From: Macrostomum lignano
Taxonomy: Eukaryota
Length of the DNA: 64,000 nucleotides
NCBI GenBank assembly: GCA_002269645.1
Contig: NIVC01002020.1
Coordinates: forward strand, 1-64,000
Reading direction: 5' to 3'
The stretch's first letter is position 1. Each line of letters begins with the position of its first letter. This document shows positions 1 through 15,053 of the stretch, piece after piece. Under the pieces are notes generated by a model, which searched no databases, had not been told where the DNA came from, and saw only the letters and a list, made by a program, of their open reading frames with translations. A program made the translations under genes and the position numbers.

Positions 1-500
1 TTCTAAAAAAGATATAAATTTTTATACAAATTATAAAATTAAAAACATTCTTGATAAAGCTATTATCCTTAATGTATATACAACAAATTTAAAAAATATT
101 TTAACTATATACTATAAACTTTTATAATATATGAACCATAGAATACACCAGAATGCCCAATCAATCTCCCTGCGAAAAATTTTTGAGGCAAAAACTATTC
201 ACTAGCTATGCTACTTCTAAGGTGAAGTGATTTGTGAGTAGTGCTGGCTTTTTTCATCAACCCGAGTGTATTGAGATCGATTTTGCCATAGACAATATTT
301 TTCGCTTGTCTTTCCGTCTATCTATCCCATCTATTTAATGCCTGTGAATCTATTTATAGTGCATAATAATCCGCTTAGTTGCCTGCGTTCCTTAGATTTA
401 TACCCCCTTTGGTCGCTCCAAATAAATCGATTTGGATAATAAATAAATCGCTTCAATTGTAAGTTTCCCGTGATCCTCAGTTTCACGCCTCTGTTGCGAC

Positions 501-1183
501 ATGCCAACAGTTTCATGTCAGCAGTGCGCATCATACGGCTGTAAATCCTATGCGTATAGAAATCAACCTGGAGTTTGTTTTCATAAGTTTCCAATCAAGA
601 GTCCTGAAAGGTATGTGACATCAGTATTATGATATCTTACGAGTAGTTATTGTAGTCGCTTTTGACAGGCAGCCATAATAACTGTTTCATGCAGAAATGC
701 GAAGAATGGGCGCACCAACTCTACATAGTCGACCTGCTTGGCAAAGCCAACTGGCACAAGTGGGCATGTGCCATCGTGTGCAGCCTCCACTTCACTGATG
801 AAATGTACAGCTGCCCAAGACTTCGCCAAGAGCCGGGCACGCAACTACTGACTACGGCGTTTCCTGCTAGAAATCTGTACAAAGTGATTCCACCAGTCCT
901 GCAATGAAAATCTCCGACTGTCCAAGGTGAACCTTTAGACATGTCTCCAAGAAAGGACACTCTGCCGATTACTGTGCCCTTACCCAAGCCTACCAGTCGA
1001 AGAGTTGCGACCATGCAGCAGCTAAGGCAAAAACTCAAGGCCGAGAGAAACACTTCAGCACCACTGAAATGCCAAAATGATACTCTAAAACGGCGATGCG
1101 TCACTTCAAGTTTGACTGCAACAGCTGCAGTATTTTCATGTTGCTACAGCTGCAAATATATAATCGGGACCTTCTGTCCATAA
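501..1183 (+). pseudogene. THAP zinc-finger domain plus coiled coil, interrupted by an in-frame stop; possibly a decayed P-element/THAP9-like transposase
   Basis: Exon 501-610 translates MPTVSCQQCASYGCKSYAYRNQPGVCFHKFPIKSPE and ends at a GT donor (611). The downstream frame gives KCEEWAHQL...VCSLHF...RLRQ...TTAFP, the THAP C2CH signature (C-C...FHKFP...W...CSxHF...AxP). TGA at 905-907 splits an otherwise continuous frame that continues into QQLRQKLKAER. The exon 2 acceptor is uncertain (672/673 keeps the frame). Confidence 0.7.
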
Positions 1184-1451
1184 AAATATTCCCCCTCGAA
1201 TGGACGTACAAAAAGGTGACTCTTCTCAAATTTCAGTACTACTTATCTCTTCTTCACCTCAGGAGTAGTGTCTATGGTTTTATATTTCGGCTTTTGATTT
1301 GGAAGCTGATTGAGCATTCTGGTGTATTCTGTGATATGAATTTTTTAAATTATTTTTATTTAATTTAATTGTGATGTTTTTGTGCTTATACAAACAGTAA
1401 TAATATGGTTTAGCCTCTTCTAGGTCTAAAATAAGTGTATTGTATGCCAGC

Positions 1452-2318
1452 TATAGGTCAAAGGGCAACACTCAATAGATCAAAAAGCAACAGTCAAAAG
1501 GTCAATAGTCAAGAGGGCAAAAATCAAAGAGGTGACAATCAACACATGTTGGAATTATAAGTTCACAATATATTGGACTTGTATAATTTGTTAATAGGCC
1601 TTTTAAAGCAATAGATAAATTTGTACTTAAGCATTATAGACATGGTAGACATGCCTATAAGTTCTAACATTATCTGTATCTATAAGTATTCCATTGTTAA
1701 TATGCATTTGTTAAAATGTATAAGTTATTCATTTTAAGGAGATTGTTTTTATTAACTTTTTAACTTTATACAAACCTAAATAATAAATGATTAAGACATA
1801 AGTATAAATTTTTGCCATTGCATTTTAGTCAATTTTTTATAATCATTCATCAAAATAATTTACACTGTTAGTTTGTTTAAAAAATTGTTTAATCATCCAA
1901 TAAATACACTGTGACTGTCTTCAACTTCAACTATACATATGCAACTGCTGGCTGACCTGGTTAATCTGGCCACTATAAATTATGGTAAAACAAGGGTAAG
2001 TTGCAAAAATGCACATCTAGAAGAATATAGATGTGGTACTAATTAGATGATAAGGCATTAAGCCTTAATAAGATAGTCATAGTTACTCTTGCTGTTTACT
2101 CAAAATTGTATTAATTTTTGTTTTAGGGTTTCTAAGTTGCAATACAAGCTAAGTCACTTTTTTTGTCAAAAAGTAAATTGCATGGCTAGTATAAATCAAG
2201 AGAGATTGGAGATATATGCTTTCAACTATTGCCTTTTTGACTATTACCCTTTTGATTGTCATTCTTATTTCCTGGCTGTCACCCTTTTGATTTGTTGCCT
2301 TTTGATCAATTCCCTATA
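1452..2318. mobile_element. Degenerate inverted-repeat (MITE/foldback-like) element
   Basis: 1452-1545 (tcaaaagg/gcaaca/aatagtcaa sub-repeats) resembles the reverse complement of 2221-2318. The interior is AT-rich and non-coding; no TSD was identified. Confidence 0.35.
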
Positions 2319-3105
2319 TATGCTATAGTAAATACATGCTGCATACCAAAAATTAGACAGGTATACTATATGTATTATGAACATCACTACCAATCAAAGA
2401 TTTGTAGTACTAATGGTAGTACCAAAAAAGGTTTCTTTTAAATTGAGATACTCTTGTAATAACAAACAAAAAATTTACATGTAACTTAAAACTTTACTAA
2501 AAAATAAAGCAAAACAAAGAAAAAATACTATATACATACAAAAACCAGCACATTACAGATCAATAAATATCTAAGGTAAGTTTTTATTAACTTTGCAAAT
2601 GTAACTAACAATGTTAACATTATAGCTTAAATCAAATTCTAAATGTACTATTATTATCTTATAAATTATGAAAAACTGTTAAATCATTAAAGTAATATCA
2701 ACAAGGCAATTGTTATTTGCAAAGTGTTATTTACATGGTAAGTAAGATAAATATCTTATAAATAGTTATCTTATCAAGGTAATTATCTTATCAATTCACT
2801 ACTTAATATTGGACCCTATATCTTTTCATTTCTTAATGAGTTTAAACTAACTAAAGGCATTAAATAGAGTTAAGGTATGTTTATATATGTTTATAGCTTA
2901 GCTTTTTTATTAGCTTATACTATTGATAATGCAAAGTACAAAAGGTGTTTCAAAAGAAATAAATAAAAATATGACTCATTTGCCTTTAAAAGGATAGATT
3001 TGTAGTCAAATGTAACTGGACTATAGCTATCAGTACTATATAGTATATATTTTCATTACCATAGAAATAATGTTTAATTCTAGGCCTATTTACATGGGAA
3101 TTCAA

Positions 3106-4512
3106 GTTGTTTTATCCCCAAACCATTTTGGCCATGGACATGTTATGTTACCCCTAGACCATTTCACCTATGTCCGTTTTGCCATAGTCCATTTTGCCCA
3201 TAAACCAGTTTGGTAATGGGCTTTTTGGCCAAAATGATGATTATGTAATTTAGAAATGCAGCCATATATATATCTTTATTTTCTTTTTTCAATACTGATT
3301 TTTAGTTTAAATGTGTAGGCCTAACAAAATATGATTTGAATTGTTTCTACAATAATTGTGTTAGGCCTATTGCATTGTTGCAACTTTGTTTATTACAATT
3401 GTGAATTATTACAAGTTTTTTTAAGTCATTCCTTGCAAAAGTACAATAATTAAACTAGACAACTTACAACTTTTTTATATAGTAGACATAAATCACTACT
3501 AGTTGCATCTAAAATAATCTGCAGAATGCTAAGATCTAGTTTTGTGAAAACTTATAGAAGTCAGCTAGCTACTATGTTAGTTTAAATTGTCTTCAAATCT
3601 ATAGTATATACTTTGCATGTACTATACAAGCTAAGTTTTATAAATATGTATCTACATATATATATATATCTGCAAGGCTAGTAAATGAATAATCAATAAA
3701 TTAAACTGCATTGTACATTTTGGCCTAGAATAAATTGAATTGAATTGAAGTTACAATATACATGTACAATTATTTCTCAGTCAGCCAGTGATGCAATACA
3801 CTATAAAAATGAATAGTATAAAAAATCTATCAACTTTTCTCTAAGTTTGGGCATTTGTTGCCACCTTGGTCCCATACTCTGGATTATGTAGTATATGCCT
3901 GAAAATTCGGGCATGCATTGGCCTTGCATGCCAAAATTAGGCGTGCACAGTTGGCTTGCATCATTCTTGAAAAGATAGTATGTGTGCATACCTGGCATGC
4001 ACTTTATAGAATCACGTGTAAGAGTTATTATGAAGTAGAAAAAAGATGAAATTGTTCATATTTAAGCGCAAATTTCAAGTTTTCCAGTTTTATCAAGCTT
4101 GTAAAAGGGCATTTAAACAAATTTTTGTGTGTAAAAATTTTCCACCATAAATAGTATTGCCAAAAAAGCATAAATAGCAACCAAATTATCTGGTAATAAG
4201 GGTCTATTATGCAATTTAAAAAATTATTTTATTGTGACAATGTAAAAAAGGTCATTTATTGTCGCAACACTGGTGTATTTTTGAGAATGGGCATGCACTA
4301 TATTTTTTCTGGTGTGCATTTGTAATTATTCAATTTTTGTTTAGGCGTGCACCTAGCATGATCCAGACTATGGCCTTGGCTAGACTGGTCCAAATTAGAG
4401 GCAAAATGGTCCATGGCTAAAATAGTCTATAGGTAAAATGGTCTGTTGGCAAAATGGTCTGGTGGCAAAATGTCCATGGCTGAAGCCTGAAATGGTTTAT
4501 AGGCAAAACAAC
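3106..4512. mobile_element. Degenerate inverted-repeat (MITE-like) element
   Basis: Left end gttgtttt..aaaccattt..gccatggacat matches the reverse complement of the right end (4390-4512). Both arms are built from gaccattttgcc-type sub-repeats. Confidence 0.45.
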
Positions 4513-4784
4513 AGGTTAGGCCCTACTTTTACACGGTACTATGCAAATAATGAGTGGCAACAAAGCAAAGTAAAAAACACATCATGCCCATGCCCTAAAT
4601 TATAAAAAAAGAGCTATAATCAATCATAATGCTATTCAGTAAAGTTAGTCTAACCTAGGCTAGGCCAAGGCCCTGCATTTTGTATATCAATCAATATAAT
4701 AGGCATAGGCCTAGTGCCTGTTGCTGTTTCATTGGATTGGCCCTACCTAGCACTAGCAGCCAGCCTAGGCCTAGCCTTGTATGT

Positions 4785-4935
4785 ATGACTACACCGATAG
4801 TTGCTGACTACACCAATGATAAATAAGTATGACTACACCGAAATACCGAAATGTTACCGAAATGGCTGTTACCGACGTGGTTATTTTTTGTTACCGAAGT
4901 GGACTGTTAGTGTTACCGACTAGCGACTACACGCA
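4785..4935. repeat. Cluster of short gactacaccga / gttaccga sub-repeats, possibly a transposon terminal remnant
   Basis: Repeated gactacacc and ttaccga motifs are directly visible. Confidence 0.35.
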
Positions 4936-6117
4936 CTATATACAGGCTTATTAACACAGGATAATTTGAATTTTATATTGCTTTGAGGGTATCAAAGGCA
5001 TCTTGTACAAGATAGGGCCTATAACAGACTCGCACCTGTGACCTGTGCCGGCTATGTGAATCTGTTAAAGTTGGTAGCCTGGTAGGGAGCAACGAGATTT
5101 CCAGATAAAATTGAACAGTCCTTCTTCGAGCAATAAAAACAATACGTTTTCTTGGAAAGTATTCAAACTCAAATGAAGTAATCATAAACAATTTTAGTAA
5201 ATTTCATTGATAAATAATTCAAGCTAGGATAGTTTATATCTAATTTCTAGTAAGTAAAAGCCTTACTAGCATAATACTATTGATTTGTGTATCGTTATTG
5301 CCTAAAAATTTGTTTCAGCGATAACATACAAAAAAGAATTTTTACTTATATTTAATCCACCTTGACTTGACTTAAGGACCCGATTTCAAGCGTAATAGAC
5401 TAGTTAAATCGCCCTTTTCCCTGGTATAATTTTTTAAACTAATTTTTGGCTTAATTTACTTGCAAAAGAAAATTTAAGGCTTTAATTTATTAGAATGCAA
5501 GTTAGTATTTATTTGCATTTGCTAAATTTGTATTATCGAATTAATAGTGTTATAATGGCAGAAAACTATCTCTTAGTTTGTAATAGTAGTTCCTGAATAA
5601 GTTTCAATGATGTGCACTATAGTATAAATTCTATATAATATTAAAAAGTATATTTTTTACTTAACCTAGCTGTTTTTGTATTGTGTTATAAGTGTTACAC
5701 TACATGCTGAAATATTAAATAGGAACTATTTTTATCTTTTATATCCTTCATTCAGTGGGTTTATTATCCTCAGTCTAGATACTATGAGCATTGTTAAATG
5801 CACATGCACTATTTTTTTCTTTACAATGTACAATGTATATCCTAAATGTATTATATATACTTCAATGATAGGTGATAGCATGGATTCTAGTTTTTAAATA
5901 TGACATGTTAGAGCTTTTACTTTTGCATGCATTTTTGCTTTGCATAAAAACCTATTAAATTTGATTTTCGTTTGATATTTTTATCATTGGATGCAATTAT
6001 TTGTAATTATAACTTAGGACCATTAATTATGCTATATTAGCAAAAAATCATTTAGCTATGTATCTACCAATACACAACTCTAGCATATTGAACATCTGAA
6101 CCTACTGACCATGCCGA

Positions 6118-6468
6118 ATGAGCAAGAAGGGGCGGATTAGGCCAGCTTCGCCAGACAGCTTGACAGAGCAGGGCGAAGTGCTGCCAGACTTGCCTGAGGA
6201 AACTCAACAGGAAATCAGAGAGCGGTACAAGGACACGGCGCAGACCGTCTTTCAAGGTCTGTCAACCAGCGCCAAATACATCGGGCTATCAGCCTCGAAG
6301 AGCTACCTACAGCTGGGCAGTTCGTCACGCATCCAGCACTATTCAAGCTTTGGCAACCTGCCAGTGATCGCATCGGCGGCCGCGGTTTCAAAGCTCAACA
6401 AACGGCGCCCCAGCGATCCAGAGTCCACTGCGCCAGCTGATAAATCCAAAGTTTGCGTCCTGATGTGA
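6118..6468 (+). CDS. Unidentified 116-aa ORF directly upstream of RABEPK (possible N-terminal extension exon or separate small gene)
   Basis: GC-rich, non-repetitive ORF in an AT-rich background. It has an in-frame upstream stop at 6106 and a GT donor candidate at 6451. No family recognised. Confidence 0.4.
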   Translation: MSKKGRIRPASPDSLTEQGEVLPDLPEETQQEIRERYKDTAQTVFQGLSTSAKYIGLSASKSYLQLGSSSRIQHYSSFGNLPVIASAAAVSKLNKRRPSDPESTAPADKSKVCVLM

Positions 6469-6515
6469 TTTGCCACTTTTTTATCTCCGTCTCAGATAGT
6501 CACAAGCTCATCGTC

Positions 6516-11006
<4,491 letters not shown>

Positions 11007-11104
11007 AGCCAGCCTGCATGGCTAGAACTCAACGTAGGGTGCATGTTTCAGTGTTAATTTTTAGTTAGGTCATATTCCCCCGAAGCTTATATCTGATGCC
11101 TATT

Positions 11105-12322
11105 GGACACCCCATGAAGCCTATTGGACACCTCTGAAGCCTATTTGACACCCTTTGAGTCTATTTGACATACGTAGAGTCTAGTTGACACCCCATGAAG
11201 TCTATTTGACACCCCATGAAGCCTATTTGACACCCCATGAAGCCTATTTGACATCCCATGAAGCCTATTTGACACCCATGAAGCCTATTTGACACCCCAT
11301 GAAGCCTATTTGACATCCCATGAAGTCTATTTGACACCCCATGAAGCCTATTTGACACCCATGAAGCCTATTTGACACCCCATGAAGCCTATTTGACATC
11401 CCATGAAGCCTATTTGACACCCCATGAAGCCTATTTGACATCCCATGAAGCCTATTTGACACCCATGAAGCCTATTTGACACCCTATGAAGCCTATTTGA
11501 CATCCCATGAAGTCTATTTGACACCCCATGAAGCCTATTTGACACCCCATGAAGCCTATTTGACACCCCATGAAGCCTATTTGACATCCCATGAAGCCTA
11601 TTTGACACCCATGAAGCCTATTTGACACCCCATGACGCCTATTTGACATCCCATGAAGCCTATTTGACACCCCATGAAGCCTATTTGACACCCCATGAAG
11701 CCTATTTGACACCCATGAAGCCTATTTGACATCCCCATGAAGCCTATTTGACAACCCATGAAGCCTATTTGACACCCATGAAGCCTATTTGACATCCCCA
11801 TGAAGCCTATTTGACATCCCATGAAGCCTATTTGACACCCCATGAAGCCTATTTGACATCCCATGAAGCCTATTTGACACCCATGAAGCCTATTTGACAC
11901 CCTATGAAGCCTATTTGACATCCCATGAAGTCTATTTGACACCCCATGAAGCCTATTTGACACCCCATGAAGCCTATTTGACACCCCATGAAGCCTATTT
12001 GACATCCCATGAAGCCTATTTGACACCCATGAAGCCTATTTGACACCCCATGACGCCTATTTGACATCCCATGAAGCCTATTTGACACCCCATGAAGCCT
12101 ATTTGACATCCCATGAAGCCTATTTGACACCCCATGAAGCCTATTTGACACCCATGAAGCCTATTTGACATCCCCATGAAGCCTATTTGACACCCCATGA
12201 AGCCTATTTGACACCCATGAAGCCTATTTGACATCCCCATGAAGCCTATTTGACATCCCATGAAGCCTATTTGATACCCCATGAAGCCTATTTGACATCC
12301 CATGAAGCCTATTTGACACCCT
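11105..12322. repeat. 20/21-bp minisatellite (atgaagcctatttgacacccc)
   Basis: Directly visible; source of the MSNRLHG and CQIGFMG ORFs. Confidence 0.96.
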
Positions 12323-13270
12323 AGCCCGTTTTGCTAGTCCTTCTGGCACCCAAATTAAATGTAACAATTAACTGTCTGACATAAATAGTCGAAGAGTCGA
12401 AGTACATAATGAACTTTTTTACTAAAGAGCTCTAAAATAGTGGCAGGATCTGTTAACTTCAATAGAAAGAGCGAGCAATCGAAGGAACTGCCCATCGTTA
12501 AATTGTATTTCTATTGGCAAGGTTTTGTAGGCCTCTACTTGTTTTGTTGCTTTAATAAGTATACTTTTCAACTTTGGTAACTATGAAAATAAAATGACTT
12601 TATTAGAAAAAGTTTTTCCCAAACTTTATATTGACATGCGTTTTGCTTAAACTTGACTTAGCTTTTAGTTAATGAACTAATTATCTACACTGAGCCACAC
12701 CGAAGCTGCTCAACCTTCATTTGGTTTAGCAATGTTTTTCCCAACAAAATTTTTCGCATGAAAAAACAGTAGCTACTCGAACTGCAACGAAAAACAGCAG
12801 CCATATATGGGAGTTATTTTCCCAAAATCCCATTCGGAAGCCAATATTCATTCTGAGTCACATGATTCTCAAAAAAATTCGCCTTTCCCTTGACATCTTG
12901 TTCGGCAGAGGCTTCTCACTCCAGGTGGAACTTCCTGCAGAATTTTCCATTCAATAGCCAGATGAAGTTGACTGTGCTAAATGCACGATGTACGTTTAGT
13001 TAATAATTAGCTCAGCTTTTAAATATCGTAGAGTATTCGTTCTGGTGACTTGTCGCGGAGGTCAGGGGCAATGAGTGCTGCATGAGAATACCATTATTCC
13101 CACATCCTGCTGGGCTAAGCTCGGCAACTTCACACGAAAGGAGAGAGCAGACACGAGTACATTGCGTGATCTGAGTCAAGAAATCTCAGTCGGGGGACAT
13201 TGTTGTCTGTAAGTTCTGGGTAGCAGAGTTCATTGTGAATTACTGCGAATTGCAATACTGTGCTTCAAGA

Positions 13271-13348
13271 GGGCCGTAGCCCAGTGGTCCAGCACGGCGC
13301 TCTGATGTACCAGCGGCCCAGGCTCGATTCCAAGGGCAGTCACATTAA
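13271..13348 (+). mobile_element. tRNA-derived SINE, 5' head, cut off by the Helitron array
   Basis: A-box-like tagcccagtgg and B-box-like ggctcgattcc. Near-identical to the head of the intact copy at 44885-44959 (minus strand). Confidence 0.8.
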
Positions 13349-13832
13349 TCCTATATCCTAAAAATGAGTTGTCTGTATGTATGTATGTATATGGGTATGC
13401 GATTGATTTCAGAAAAAACGGCTCAACCGATTTTCTTCAAACTTGCACCATTCGATCAGAAATTTTTCTGGGACGGTACATGCATCTTAGCTAAGAAATT
13501 GCTAAATGTGAAAGGGATTAAATATTCGAAAAACATGCTTTTTTGCAAAGGTCAAGCAAAATTTCGACTTGAAATGCATTGTAAGAATGCTAGAGAAAAA
13601 ACTGACTGGCTGAATTTCAATTCTGATAAAGATTGCATCGCAACAAATTGAAAACAGTGTCGAAGAAATGCACACACGACTTGATTTAAATTGCGTAACC
13701 ATATTGCCAACTTAAATTGAGACTGATTCTGGCTGACTGAGAAATTGATTATGTCATAACTTTTTACTCCAATTGACTTGATGTAAGAATTGAATTATAA
13801 GGGCCACAATTCATGTGCTCCAATTGAAAAAA

Positions 13833-13897
13833 GATAGCCTAGATGCGAACAGACTGTACTGCTAATGTAGCAATCTGGGTTCGAATCTAAGTAGCGC
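13833..13897 (+). other. tRNA-like (Pol III box A/B) remnant inside Helitron unit 1
   Basis: gatagcctagatgcg...gtactgctaatg...ggttcgaatc; second copy at 40072-40136. No intact acceptor stem seen. Confidence 0.5.
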
Positions 13898-13959
13898 AAA
13901 ATGATTTTTTATTAAAACAACTTAAAAACAAAAAACTGCTAAACATAAAAGAAGCGCAA

Positions 13960-14436
13960 TGTCAAACATAAAAGAGCCACCATGTCAAAAATAAAAGAGC
14001 CACCATATCGAACATAAAAGAGTTACCATGTAAAACATTAAAGAGCCACCATGTTAAACATAAAACAGACACCATTAACAACATTAAAGAGCCAACCATT
14101 TCGAACATTAAAGAGCCACCATGTCGACCATTAAAAGAGCCACCATGTCGAACATACAAGAGCCACCATGTCAAACATAGAAGAGCCACCATGTCAAACA
14201 TTAAAGAGCCACCATGTCAAACATTAAAGATATACAATTTCAAATGTAAAGGTATAAAGCGCCATGCCAATTTAAAGGAGCCACTATAAAGCTAAGGAAA
14301 TTGTTGCACTAGCTACTTATTGTCTGGTGGATGCTTGCTATTTGGGGATGCTTGCTATCTGGGGGATGCTTGCTATCTGGGGGATGCTTGCTATTTGGGG
14401 ATGCTTGCTATCTGGGGGATGCTTGCTATCTGGGGA
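13960..14436. repeat. Short 23-bp (agagccaccatgtcaaacattaa) and 18-bp (gggggatgcttgctatct) arrays near the 5' end of unit 1
   Basis: Same repeats and same order as the 3' subterminal region of units 1, 3 and 4. Confidence 0.9.
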
Positions 14437-15053
14437 ATGAATGGGAATGCGCCCAGTAAAGTAGTATTTTTGTCGCCAGGCTAGAGAACTATAAATGTAG
14501 ACTGCGAGAAAAGATTGTACATTATAAAATCTCCCCGTGCACAATTGACAAACTAACTTTAAATGCTGGAGAGAGGGATAGTGAGAGAGTGAAATACATG
14601 CACATATATACAGTGTCTAATTGATTCACAATATACGAACCATGTTGAGACTGACCCTCCAAAATGTAATAAAACCGTCTGATTATAAAAAAGTCCAAAA
14701 GTGCCACAGAGAAAGATGTACATTGGCTACTGAGGCTTGCGCCTGCTTCAGAAAATTTATCTGAATCCTTTCACATAGGAGAGTTAGAGTTAGGTGTTTG
14801 AGATAGAGTATTGAATAATAAAAAAGTCCTGACCAATTAGCAGGCGGGTATTGGAGTGAATTTAGGCTTGCTGTACACACTGACAGTCTAACAGTGTACA
14901 AATGGTGTCCAGCTTTTTGGGATTGGGTTGTTGCTGAGTTTAAAACGCGTGACATTATAGACTTCATACCTTTCTCGTTTCTCGCACACAACCCCTACTA
15001 TCCTTTCTTTTCATTATCACTCAAAATTCTTATCTTTCAATTTGAATTCCAAT

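Noticed and set aside
11161-12303. MSNRLHG/CQIGFMG ORFs
   Set aside because: Products of a 20/21-bp minisatellite with constantly shifting frame.
13271-13897. Functional tRNA genes at 13271, 13833, 40072 and 44885
   Set aside because: Box A/B motifs are present but acceptor and anticodon stems are incomplete, and each is embedded in a repeated mobile element.
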